Source: Candidatus Iainarchaeum sp.
GTDB taxonomy: Archaea; Iainarchaeota; Iainarchaeia; Iainarchaeales; Iainarchaeaceae
Direction of reading: 5' to 3'
Assembly (NCBI GenBank): GCA_043812975.1
Contig: JBDRLP010000041.1
Coordinates: 1-48,161 of the forward strand
DNA length: 48,161 nucleotides
Part shown: piece after piece, positions 9,515 to 19,360 of the stretch
How positions within the stretch are numbered: the first letter of the stretch is position 1
How the letters are laid out: each line of letters begins with the position of its first letter
The notes under the pieces: model-generated
The model's input: the letters and a program-made list of their open reading frames with translations, nothing else
What the model was told of the DNA's origin: nothing
Database searches by the model: none
Position numbers and translations under genes: made by a program

Positions 9515-12500
9515 TTAAGTCGGCTTCACAAACCCGTGTTTTGGTTTGTAAACATCTCCTGATTTCTCAAGTTTGGAAATAATTTCTTTTACTTTATCAG
9601 CATCCATTCCCAGGGTTTTTGCTTCGGTTATTACTTCTTCTAAAGGAACAATATCAAGTTCCTGTGCTTTTTCTTTTATAATTCCGAGCACTTTCTTCAA
9701 ATTAGCAAGTTGTGTGTGGGTTTGTCCTGAAGTAATAATATCAATATCAATTTTTCCTGTTTCAGGATCAGTAACAAGATCCTCCAAAGAAGTCCTGACT
9801 AATCTCACTGATCTTTCAACATCTTGTTCTTCAACAAAATCACTTAACCTTACTCTTGCTGAAGCTTCAGCTAATCTGATTAAACCTTCTAATTGTCTGT
9901 GGGTTGCTGCGTAAGAACCTTCTTTTCTTCCCTGATCACGTAAAGAAATGTAAAAGTCGCTGAGTTTTTGCATTCCATCATCAGAAAGAACGGGAAAAAC
10001 TTTTTGTCTTGCATAGGAAATATATTTTTTCAATAAATCGCCGTTAATTTTTGGAGTAATAATCTGAGTGAGTTCTTCCAGCAGTTTATCTTTTTTTGTA
10101 ATTCCTTTTTTGGATCTTTGAATAATCATTTCTCCTGCTTTGTGACTTTTCAAAATGTGTCCAGCAATTTCCAGGTCTTTTGTTCTGTCAAGAACATCTC
10201 TCATCATAAAAAATAAATCAAATCTGCTCAAAAGTGTTGGAGGAAGATTAACCTGATCAATAAATGGCTGGTAAGGATCAAACCTTGAATATTTTGGGTT
10301 TGCAGCAGCTAAAACACTTGTATCGGTTTTGAATTTTGTTACAATTCCTGCTTTTGCAATTGAAATGCTATTATGCAATATCAGTCCTTTTGACACAAAG
10401 CATTGGGTTGGTTCAACAGTAACATCATAAACCCAATCGGAGTCAGTGTTTTCAATTTTTTTTACCTTTTCAATTTTTAGGAATTTTATTTGTGAATCAA
10501 GCAATTCATTTATTTTATTGATTTTGGTATTGAGTGTGAATGTTTTTTCTTTTGCCATTAATTTAATTGTTTTAAGCAATTTTTCCGAATTCTTTGATTT
10601 TGGATTTCTTTCCAAGTAAGTAATCATGCTTGTTGATAATTTCATTTTTTGGGATATTGATTCCAAACTAATGCATATTGCTTTTCTTATGGTTCTAGGG
10701 TTGTTGGATGTACTTTTCTTTTCAGCTTGTTTTAATTTTTCTTCTGCTTTTTTGATGTATTTTTTGATTGTGTTTGATTCTGCGTTTTGTGTTTTTTTAA
10801 TGTGCCCGACAAAATAACCCTTGCTTAAGTGTAATTCTTTGAGTATGCTGTTTGTTTCTTTTATTATCGGGTTAGGTATAAGATTTCTTGAGCTTTCTCT
10901 ATTGTTACTTCTTTTAATAAATTTTTTAATTCTTGGGATTCTTTTGTCGCTTTTTGGAATTAAATCCATAAATTTTTCCATGTTTTCGGTGCCGGAAACA
11001 ACTACTTTACAGGTTTTATTTTTTTCCGTTGCAATGTATGAGTAAATCCCTATTTGTAATAACAAGTCCTGGTAGTCGCAGGCTAAATCGTATGATGAAG
11101 TGCTTAAACCGAATCTTTCGCTGTCAATAAAACCATCTCCTGTGAATGCTGATTGGATGAAATTTTTGATTATTGGCAGGCTTGATTCCTTGAGTTTGTT
11201 CGGTGCTCTTTTTTGAGGTGCTTTTGGCAATATTTCTGAAAAGTTTTTTTCAAAGTAAGAATAAAGTGAATGTGATGAACATCTAATCGTGGTTAAGTCC
11301 TTTGTTGCTTTTTCCCTGCTGCTGGCCTTTGCAAGGTTTTTGTTTAATTTTCCTGAAAAAGAATTAGAAAAACATTTTTCCATATCCTTAAGTGTTTCTT
11401 TATCGGTATTGCAGATGCCTATTTCAGCATAACGATTTTTTGCATTAATATAAGAATGCCCCTCTGAAGCAACGTAACCAAGAAGCCTTCCGACATTTTG
11501 GTTCATTTGTGCAGGCAAAAGCAATTCCTTTCTGCCTTTTCTTACTTCAGTAACAAGTTCAACTTCGGATTTTTTAACAGAATAATTTTTAACCCCCGGT
11601 ACGAACATTTCTTTTTTTACCTTTTCAGCAGGCAATTCATCAAATCCATTTTCCGAGAAAACAAATACAGGGTGTTCCGGAGTAACTGTGATTTTTCTTC
11701 CATTTGAATATATTATTTCTATAAATTGTTGTGGTGCTTTGTGTCTGCTTACACTTGTCGCTTTTATAGGAAACACTTTGTTAAAATCGCTTGTCATTAA
11801 TTCGAGGTTTTTAACATCAAGAATTTCACAATCAGTTCCAAGAACCATTTTTTCCTGGTTTTCTTTAATAAGTTCATCAACTAAATTTCCTATTTTGTGA
11901 ATTGAACCATCCGCAAGCATTATTTCAAAATCCTTGTGATATGATTGCTGTTCCAATGCCTCATGCATCGCACTTCTGTCATTAGGATCCATTTTGTCAA
12001 ATTCATCCACCATTGCCATTCCGCCGGAAGCTAATACTAGTGCTCCTGCTTTCAGGGTCCAGCCCCCATCTCCAAATTCGTCCTTTACTGCTGTTGCTGT
12101 TATTCCTGCGCCTGAAGTTGTTTTTCCTGCAACGTAAATTGATTTTGGTGCAATAGAATCAGTTGCTCTCAGAATTGCACTTTTTGCTAATCCTGGGTCT
12201 CCTACAATAAGAACGTGAATGTTTCCCCTTATTTTCTGGTCTCCAGGAAGAGTTTTTTTAACTCCTCCAAACATTTGTAGTGCAATTGATTCTTTCATTG
12301 TTTCATGCCCGTAAATGTGTGGAGCAATACTCTGTACAAGCAAATCATAAACATCATCTCTTTTTGCTAATTCTTTAATTTCCTTTTCTTCTTCACTGTC
12401 TATTTCAACATCCTCAAATTCTTTTTCAGTTTCTTCTAAGTGAAGTGCTTCTAAGTATCTTCCGTAAACAACTTTTTTTTCTTTTGGCGGCATTAATCTG

Positions 12501-13183
12501 AGTATTCCTGTTATTTTTGTTCTGTCTCCTGGTGCAACCATGTTTACAAAATCATCGCTGATATAAATGTCTAAATTAGTTGCCTGTTCTGATCCTTTCA
12601 GAATTTCTAAAGGTTCCTGTATCTGGATTTTTTGGTAATCTTCAAACTCGCTGTTTTCTTCATCTAAATTAAAAGTTCTGTTTTTACATTCAGAACACAT
12701 GCTTGGAGTATTTGTAATATTTTTTTTCTGCGGAATCTTGTAAGTAGCGTCACACCTTGAGCATTTCCATGTTGCGAATTTTATCTTAGGAAGAACATCC
12801 GTGACTTGTCTAATGACCCCTTCCACAGTAATTAATTTTCCGATGTGAGCAGAACTGACATCCCTCAGAACAGGTTGTTTTTCTTTTGGTAAATTAAAAA
12901 TTCTAATGTGAGGTGCAAATTCCTCTATTTCCAGTAAAGGAACATCAATGTTTTTAATCGCTTGATGGGCCGCAGTTAGACACACATCAGAATTAACAAG
13001 AAGTTCATCTGCTAAATCAACATCATAATGTTCTATATCATTAAAATCAACAGAAAGGCTTCTTTTTTGAGGATACTCGGAAATAAGGGCCTCAATTTGC
13101 TTCATGTATCTATGTTTGAAGAATTCTTCGAACTTTTCCACAAAAGGATTATCTTCCCTTGTCGTCATTTCATCAGAGTACAA
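9515..13183 (-). CDS. mcm: Replicative helicase MCM precursor containing one intein
   Basis: Zn finger, Walker A GDPGLAKS, Walker B VDEFDKM, LSRFDL Arg finger, C-terminal wHTH; start may be ATG 13168. Confidence 0.97.
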   Translation of the reverse strand: MYSDEMTTREDNPFVEKFEEFFKHRYMKQIEALISEYPQKRSLSVDFNDIEHYDVDLADELLVNSDVCLTAAHQAIKNIDVPLLEIEEFAPHIRIFNLPKEKQPVLRDVSSAHIGKLITVEGVIRQVTDVLPKIKFATWKCSRCDATYKIPQKKNITNTPSMCSECKNRTFNLDEENSEFEDYQKIQIQEPLEILKGSEQATNLDIYISDDFVNMVAPGDRTKITGILRLMPPKEKKVVYGRYLEALHLEETEKEFEDVEIDSEEEKEIKELAKRDDVYDLLVQSIAPHIYGHETMKESIALQMFGGVKKTLPGDQKIRGNIHVLIVGDPGLAKSAILRATDSIAPKSIYVAGKTTSGAGITATAVKDEFGDGGWTLKAGALVLASGGMAMVDEFDKMDPNDRSAMHEALEQQSYHKDFEIMLADGSIHKIGNLVDELIKENQEKMVLGTDCEILDVKNLELMTSDFNKVFPIKATSVSRHKAPQQFIEIIYSNGRKITVTPEHPVFVFSENGFDELPAEKVKKEMFVPGVKNYSVKKSEVELVTEVRKGRKELLLPAQMNQNVGRLLGYVASEGHSYINAKNRYAEIGICNTDKETLKDMEKCFSNSFSGKLNKNLAKASSREKATKDLTTIRCSSHSLYSYFEKNFSEILPKAPQKRAPNKLKESSLPIIKNFIQSAFTGDGFIDSERFGLSTSSYDLACDYQDLLLQIGIYSYIATEKNKTCKVVVSGTENMEKFMDLIPKSDKRIPRIKKFIKRSNNRESSRNLIPNPIIKETNSILKELHLSKGYFVGHIKKTQNAESNTIKKYIKKAEEKLKQAEKKSTSNNPRTIRKAICISLESISQKMKLSTSMITYLERNPKSKNSEKLLKTIKLMAKEKTFTLNTKINKINELLDSQIKFLKIEKVKKIENTDSDWVYDVTVEPTQCFVSKGLILHNSISIAKAGIVTKFKTDTSVLAAANPKYSRFDPYQPFIDQVNLPPTLLSRFDLFFMMRDVLDRTKDLEIAGHILKSHKAGEMIIQRSKKGITKKDKLLEELTQIITPKINGDLLKKYISYARQKVFPVLSDDGMQKLSDFYISLRDQGRKEGSYAATHRQLEGLIRLAEASARVRLSDFVEEQDVERSVRLVRTSLEDLVTDPETGKIDIDIITSGQTHTQLANLKKVLGIIKEKAQELDIVPLEEVITEAKTLGMDADKVKEIISKLEKSGDVYKPKHGFVKPT
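10370..11944 (-). mobile_element. Intein (525 aa) with LAGLIDADG homing endonuclease in MCM
   Basis: Inserted at ALEQQ/SISIAKAG; begins SYHKDFEIMLADG, block B ITVTPEHP, endonuclease blocks LLGYVASEG and AFTGDG, ends VYDVTVEPTQCFVSKGLILHN with Ser at +1. Confidence 0.95.
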
Positions 13184-13535
13184 TCTTTATCCCCACAAAT
13201 TTTGTTTTTTCGGCCTTATAAATGATCTGAGGGTTGGTTGCCGATGCAAAGCGTACCATCTTCACCCCTTAGGGGTGGGCTCGATAGTACATACCTCAAA
13301 TGTTTGCGTATAGAGAATGTGCGTTTTTTGGGGAAATTTTATTTCATATGTAATAAGTGCTATTTTCTATTAACTCCTTTTACTTCGCTTTCACAACTAT
13401 TCCAGAAAAAAATTTCAGGAAAGTGAATCTACATAAGGGGTTTATTCATTTTTTCATGATTTTTGCATCAACAATTCATTTAAATAAAAATTCAGCTTTG
13501 TTTATTAGTACTCCTGAAAAGGAGGTGAAGCGGCT

Positions 13536-15696
13536 ATGACAAAAAAATTCTATATTACGACAGCAATTGATTATCCTAACTCTAAGCCCCATCTTCGGCC
13601 ATGCATATGAGAAAACAATCACTGATTGTATTGCTAGATGGCATAGACTCAAAGAGGAAGATGTATTTTTTCTTACAGGGGCTGATGAACACGGTAAAAA
13701 AATCCAAGAGGCTGCTGAGAAAGTAGGCAAGAAACCTAAAGAATTTGTTGATGGGCAAGTAAAGCATTTCAAAGAACTTTGCAAAAAGTGGAATATTTCT
13801 TATGATAATTTTATCCGAACTACTAATCCAAAGCATGAAAAGATGTGTCAGGATATTTTCCAGAAAGTTTTAGATAAAGAAGACATCTATCTTGGGGAAT
13901 ATGAAGGGTTGTATTGTACTGGTTGTGAAGCTTATTATTTAGAAAAAGATTTGGAAAATGGTTTGTGTCCTGTTCATAAAACCAAACCTGAGAAACTTAA
14001 GGAAGAATCTTACTTTTTCAAAATGTCAAAGTACCAAAAGCAGTGGTTGGATTTTATTGAAAAAAATCCTGAATTTATTTACCCGATACGAAGAAGGCAA
14101 GAAATAATAAATCGAGTTAAAGAAGGCTTAAAAGATCTGAGTGTTTCACGTACGAGTTTTGATTGGGGAATTCCTCTCAAAAATAATTCAAAATATCGAA
14201 TCTACGTTTGGTTTGAGGCACTTCTCAACTATTTGTCAGGTATTGAATATCCTTCTGCAAAATCAAAAAAATATTGGCCTGCAGACATCCATGTGATTGG
14301 CAAGGATATTTTATGGTTCCATTCAGTAATTTGGCCGACGATGTTATTCAGTGCAGGAATCGAACCACCAAAAAAAGTTTTTGTTCACGGTTTTATCAAT
14401 ACTGCTTCAGGAGAAAAGCTTTCAAAAACTTCAGGAAAAATGATAGACCCGATTGAGTTAAGCGAAACTTATGGGGTTGATGCAGTAAGGTATTATCTTT
14501 TACGTGAAATTCCTATGGGGGAAGATGGAAACTTTTCTATTAATGCTTTAATCGAAAGACACAATAATGAACTTGCTAATGATTTGGGTAATTTAGTTCA
14601 AAGAACTCTTTCCATGGTTGATAAAAAATTAGGGGGAAAAGTTCCTGATTCAAAAACAGATGCTGTACTTGCAAATAAACTTGATTTAGAAAAAATTGAT
14701 TTGTTCATGGAAAAACTTGAATCACATAATGCTTTGAATGAAATTTTTTCTTTTATTGGTGCTTGTAACAAGTACATTAATGAAAAGGAACCCTGGAAAC
14801 TTGAGGGAAAAGAACTCGAACAGGTTCTTTACTCTGTTTTGGATTCATTAAAAGTTATTTCAATTTTGCTTGCTCCGTTCCTTCCTGAAACTTCTGAAAA
14901 GATTTCCAAACAATTGAATGTAAAGCTTGGAAACTTTAGTGAAGTTAAATTTAATTTGTTAAAAGCAGGAAACAAGTTAGGGGAAAAGGAAATCCTTTTC
15001 CAGAAAATTGAAAAGAAAAAAGAACAAACTGAAAAAGCAAGAGAAATTAGTGTTACGTTAGATCCTAAGCTGAAGAAACTTGGTTTGAAGTTAGTTTGCG
15101 CAGTTGTTGAGAATGTTAATGTAAAAAACAAGCATGAGGGCCTTGAAAGAGCCAAAAAAGAAACAGTGAAGAGCATTAATCTTGATTCAATAGAAGAGCA
15201 AAAAGTAATTCAGGGTTATCTTGATCTTTACAAGGATATTGGGGTTAAACAGGATACTCATGCTGTAAAGAATCTTGTTGATTTAGCTAAAAAATCAGGA
15301 AATATCCCCAGAATAAACACGGTTGTTGATTCTTATAATCTTGTTTCGATTGAGAAAGGTTTGATTGTTGGTGCGCATGATTTGGAAAAAATTTCTGGAA
15401 ATGTCCAGGTTACTTTTGCAAACGGAAAAGAACTTTACATTCCTCTTGGAACCAAAGGAGAAATGAAACTGGATTCGAAAGAATATTTATTCAAGGATGA
15501 TAAAGTTGTTCTCTGCAGATTAGATGTAAAGCAGGGAGAACATACCAAGGTTACTAATGATACAAAGAATGTTTTTTTGTACGTGCAGGGAAACAAGAAT
15601 ACTTCTCAGGAATATGTTGATAATGCGATGAAGGAAATCCTCGCGAACATTGAGAAGTACTGCGGCGGGAAAAGCAGGGCAATTGAAGTTAAGTGA
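13536..15696 (+). CDS. metG: Methionyl-tRNA synthetase (one-knuckle bacterial type) with C-terminal B3/B4-like domain; +1 frame break near 13596
   Basis: SD GGAGGTGA then ATG 13536 gives MTKKFYITTAIDYPNSKPHL, continuing in the +1 frame as GHAYE; TGADEHG, YCTGCE..CPVH, IGKDILWFH, KLSKT. Confidence 0.93.
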
Positions 15697-15714
15697 CTTT
15701 GTTGGTTTTTATTT

Positions 15715-16788
15715 ATGAGGATTGCTGTTTGGGATAGCATCAAAGGTTTTGCGATTTTTTCTATTGTGATTTATCACTTTCATTCATTAATTAATCCTCA
15801 TTCCTTGTTTGAAATACTTGATTTATTTAACTATTCATTTCCAGAATTTATTTCGTTTCTTTCAGAATTGTCTTTTCCTGAACAAATTCTTTCTTATGGT
15901 TTCCAAGGAGTCGGGATTTTTTTGGTTTTTAGCGGTGCAGGTTTAACATATTCTGCCCTTTTAACAAATAAAAAATTGGTTTTGAAAGACTGGTTTTTTA
16001 GGAGGTTTATGCGAATATTTCCTGCTTACTGGCTTGCAATAATTTTTACTGTAATTTTTTTTCCTGTTGTTCGTCAAACCGATTTAATTTTGCACTCTTT
16101 CGCTCTGAATATTTTTTTCCGCGAGTTATTTTTTTTCCCGGGAAATTCTTCTCTCTGGTTTATAGGATTGCTTGTGCAAGCTTATTTGTTTTTTCTCATT
16201 CTTTTTCATTTAGGGAAAAAATTCGGTTTTACAAATCTTTTTGCAGTTTCTTTTCTGGTGTCAGTCATCACCAGAATTTTACTCCTATCTTTTATTCTTG
16301 ATTTTAATGAATATTTATTCATTAGCATTATTTTTTCGCGTCTCGCGGAATTTTCATTAGGGCTCCTGCTGGCAAGCGAGTGGTTAAAGAATCCTGAGAA
16401 AGTTATCTCGTTTTTTTCAAACAAGAAAATTTTTGTTGTCTCGCTTCTTGGCTATATTGTCTTTGACTTGTTTTATTTTGGGTGGTTTTTGGCGTTTGAA
16501 TTCATTGCTACTATTAGTCTGGTGTTTTTTCTTTTATTTGTTTTTTTGTTTATTCAGAAGAGGATTGTTTTTTTAAGCAAGTTTTTCATTTTTCTTTCAA
16601 AATATTCGTTGTGGATTTTTCTGATTCATTATCCAATATTGGTTTTATTTCAGGGATTTTTCGTGCAACATTCCGCTCCGGCAATAATAGGATTTTTTGT
16701 CGCCTTTTTGATTATACTGCCGATTGCCATTGTTTTAACTAAACTGACAAATAATTTTGTAAAATTTATTGTTGCGGTTTTTTTATGA
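15715..16788 (+). CDS. Acyltransferase-3 (OafA/YrhL-like) membrane protein
   Basis: WDSIKGFAI..IVIYH, GVGIFLVFSG, FFRRFMRIFPAYW, SLWFI; many TM helices. Confidence 0.88.
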   Translation: MRIAVWDSIKGFAIFSIVIYHFHSLINPHSLFEILDLFNYSFPEFISFLSELSFPEQILSYGFQGVGIFLVFSGAGLTYSALLTNKKLVLKDWFFRRFMRIFPAYWLAIIFTVIFFPVVRQTDLILHSFALNIFFRELFFFPGNSSLWFIGLLVQAYLFFLILFHLGKKFGFTNLFAVSFLVSVITRILLLSFILDFNEYLFISIIFSRLAEFSLGLLLASEWLKNPEKVISFFSNKKIFVVSLLGYIVFDLFYFGWFLAFEFIATISLVFFLLFVFLFIQKRIVFLSKFFIFLSKYSLWIFLIHYPILVLFQGFFVQHSAPAIIGFFVAFLIILPIAIVLTKLTNNFVKFIVAVFL

Positions 16789-16816
16789 TAATCAGAATGA
16801 ATTAATCAATGAATCT

Positions 16817-17215
16817 TTAAAGTTCTTTTATTTCTCTTTCTTTTTGTTCTAGAAGTTTTAAAAGTGCTGGGTCATATATCTCATAAACTTTTCTTACCAT
16901 GGCTATTCTTTCAAGTATTTTTGCATCCATTATATTGATGTCTGAAAGTATTCCCATTACTTTTGCCATTATTGCTGGTTTTCTTGCATTATCTGTTTCT
17001 TTTGCGAATTCACGTTCAAGTCTTCTTCTTTCTCCTATTTTTTCATCTCTTACTCCAAGAAGCAGAGTAAATGAAGCCAAAAATTCGTCTTTGTTTTTAC
17101 GTATAAGCGGAATTTTTCCCTTGTGCCTTCCGCCGTTTCCTCTGTGACCTTTACCATTATGTCCGTTTCCAGTATGCTCATTGCCGTTTCTTTTGCGAGG
17201 TACTTTGTGTATCAT
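16817..17215 (-). CDS. Hypothetical basic protein with Gly/Asn/His-rich N-terminus
   Basis: 132-aa ORF starting 2 bp after the arginase-family gene on the same strand. Confidence 0.65.
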   Translation of the reverse strand: MIHKVPRKRNGNEHTGNGHNGKGHRGNGGRHKGKIPLIRKNKDEFLASFTLLLGVRDEKIGERRRLEREFAKETDNARKPAIMAKVMGILSDINIMDAKILERIAMVRKVYEIYDPALLKLLEQKEREIKEL

Positions 17216-17217
17216 TA

Positions 17218-17970
17218 TTATTCGCCCAATTTTTCTGCAATAATACTAATAATGTTTTTCCCGAGTTTTATTGTTTTCCCTTCATCATCCAATTTCGGAT
17301 TCACTTCAACCAAATCAGCAGCTTTTACTTTTCCAGAATCCAGAACCATTTCTAGCACTTCAAAAAACTCCTGCTTTGTTAGACCATTTTCTTCTCTGTA
17401 ACCAGTTCCGGGTGCTATTGAAGGATCTAAAGCATCAATGTCAATTGATAAATAAATATTTTTTTGTTCGCCCAAAAACTTTTGTAATTGTTCCTTTGCT
17501 TTATTAAAATTTTTATGAATTTCTTCCGAACTGATAATTGATATTTTGTGTTCCTTAAAAAATGGTTTTTCCACATCAAAAACTTTTCTCAATCCAATTA
17601 TCAAGAGCCTTTCTTTTTCAATTAGATTTTCTTCTATTACTGCTCTGTTCAGATCCTGGTGCGAAACCGGTTTGAAAAAAACATCACAATCTGCGTGCGC
17701 ATCAAAAATCAATAAGCATGGTTTTTCAAATTCTTCAGAAAATGCTTTGAAAAGAGAATAAGTGATTGAGTGATCCCCTCCAACAAAAATTGGTTTTTGT
17801 TTTATGACTTCTTTTGCTTTTGAATAAATATTTTCTTCAGTTGTTTCTAAATCATTTGGAATAACTTTCACTGATTCTGCTTCTTTCGAGCAAAGAATTT
17901 CAGGAGCCAGTTCACATCCAATATTTTTTTCTAAGCTTCCTTGAGAAGAAGGTACTTTTACTAGTTTCAT
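17218..17970 (-). CDS. Arginase/agmatinase (ureohydrolase) family protein
   Basis: GGDHS, FDAHAD, SIDIDALDP..APGTG, DLVEVNP. Confidence 0.92.
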   Translation of the reverse strand: MKLVKVPSSQGSLEKNIGCELAPEILCSKEAESVKVIPNDLETTEENIYSKAKEVIKQKPIFVGGDHSITYSLFKAFSEEFEKPCLLIFDAHADCDVFFKPVSHQDLNRAVIEENLIEKERLLIIGLRKVFDVEKPFFKEHKISIISSEEIHKNFNKAKEQLQKFLGEQKNIYLSIDIDALDPSIAPGTGYREENGLTKQEFFEVLEMVLDSGKVKAADLVEVNPKLDDEGKTIKLGKNIISIIAEKLGE

Positions 17971-17979
17971 AAGAATTAA

Positions 17980-18375
17980 TTATTTTTTCCTTACAATTTT
18001 GATATTGCTGCCCCAGCGGATGTATTCTACTTCATCGCCGCTCTGCAAACCCTGAACATCTTTTGGTTTGTCAACATCGAATGGTTCAAAGCTTATAATA
18101 TCCATTATTTGTATTTGGTTTCCCATTATAGCAACAACCTGTGCCATTCCTTTCAGAATAATTGGTACATCAACACTTGCATCTGTTGGTTTTAGTAAGT
18201 TCTTTTTTGTATCTCTAAAAACACCCATTGCAGTAACCCTTACTTTGGCTGCTCCGTGCTTTCCTGGTTTGGATTTTTCAGTGCTTTTAACCTGGCATGG
18301 TTCATCATCAATCAGAACATAAGAACCTGGTTTTAATCCACCAGCGTTTGAAAATTTTTTATCTCCTGCGACCAT
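17980..18375 (-). CDS. eif5a: Translation factor aIF-5A
   Basis: Hypusine loop SKPGKHGAAK. Confidence 0.96.
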   Translation of the reverse strand: MVAGDKKFSNAGGLKPGSYVLIDDEPCQVKSTEKSKPGKHGAAKVRVTAMGVFRDTKKNLLKPTDASVDVPIILKGMAQVVAIMGNQIQIMDIISFEPFDVDKPKDVQGLQSGDEVEYIRWGSNIKIVRKK

Positions 18376-18408
18376 TATTAGAGAAAAGATGAATCAATTT
18401 AAAATAGT

Positions 18409-19261
18409 TTATGTGGATTTGGGCCGCTTATGTGGGAAAAGATGGTAATAAAGCTCGTTGATTTCTCTCCATTCTGCTTCAAGTTCCGTGATTGCACTCT
18501 TGTTTAGGCGTTCGTTTCTTTTTAAGGAATCTATCTCTATTCTCAGTTCACGTGTTCTTTGGATTGTTCTATCTAGAATTCTTTTTTTGGATTCAGGAGA
18601 AAATTTGGATTCCGGAATTTCCTGAATTGCTTTTAATAGTTCGCTTTTTCTTTTTGTAAGGTCTCTTAGTTGTCCACTAAGCTCTTGAACTTTTCCCAAA
18701 GCTTCTTTTTGTGTGACAATTTGCTGGATTATTTTTCTCTTTGTCACAATTTCCCTGTCAGCATTTGCAAAAAATTTGAGGTGTTCATCTGGTGTTTCTG
18801 GTTTGCTTGATTTGTGTTCTTTTTTTACTTTGACTCCTAGTTTTCCCAATAATGTGCCCAATAATTCTTTTTCCTTTACTAAGTTTTCATCTTTTCCAAA
18901 TGAAAGTTGCCTGTCAATTACTGTTATTCGTTGTTGAAGTCCTTTGATTATTGGTGTTTTTTTTTCCAGGAGAAACACTGATTTTTTTAACGAGGGAAAG
19001 ATTTTCAAGGCTTCTGAGTACAAACGAATGTGCTTTTGCAGCTTTCTCAGCTGCTGCTTTTAAATTGTTACCACTAGCATTTTCTACTGCTTTACTAAGA
19101 CCATTGAATTGCAGGTATACATTTGAAAGAGCACTCATATGAGCATCCTTTATTTCCGTTGGAGGATTTAGAATTCCAATGTGGGATCTTGCACCCAATG
19201 CATTTTGCGGTATTACCGCCTTTGGTTTAAGTGGTCTTTTTGGTTCTTCAGGTTTTGGCAT
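18409..19261 (-). CDS. Hypothetical basic coiled-coil protein, apparently frameshifted at an A9 run
   Basis: Overlapping same-strand ORFs 18914-19261 and 18409-19023 join into 283 aa if the run at 18957-18965 is one base shorter. Confidence 0.55.
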
Positions 19262-19360
19262 TATTTAAGTAACTTTTACATTATATTTAACTATTTGCCA
19301 TTTCCCTAATCCAGTGGTTTTTTTAATTATAAGAACGTTCTTTATATTAGTGATTTTAGA

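Noticed and set aside
13330..13530. Replication origin next to mcm
   Set aside because: The region is AT-rich with one imperfect TTCCAGAAA/TTTCAGGAA inverted repeat, but there are no repeated ORB boxes and no cdc6/orc1 gene in the window
13200..13535. SAM riboswitch or T-box upstream of metG
   Set aside because: Fragments such as GGCAACC and GGGTGG occur, but not in the order or on the strand the consensus requires
13567..13596. Track start of MetRS (MIILTLSPIF)
   Set aside because: It lacks the conserved FYITT..YPN..PH N-terminus, which is encoded in another frame from ATG 13536
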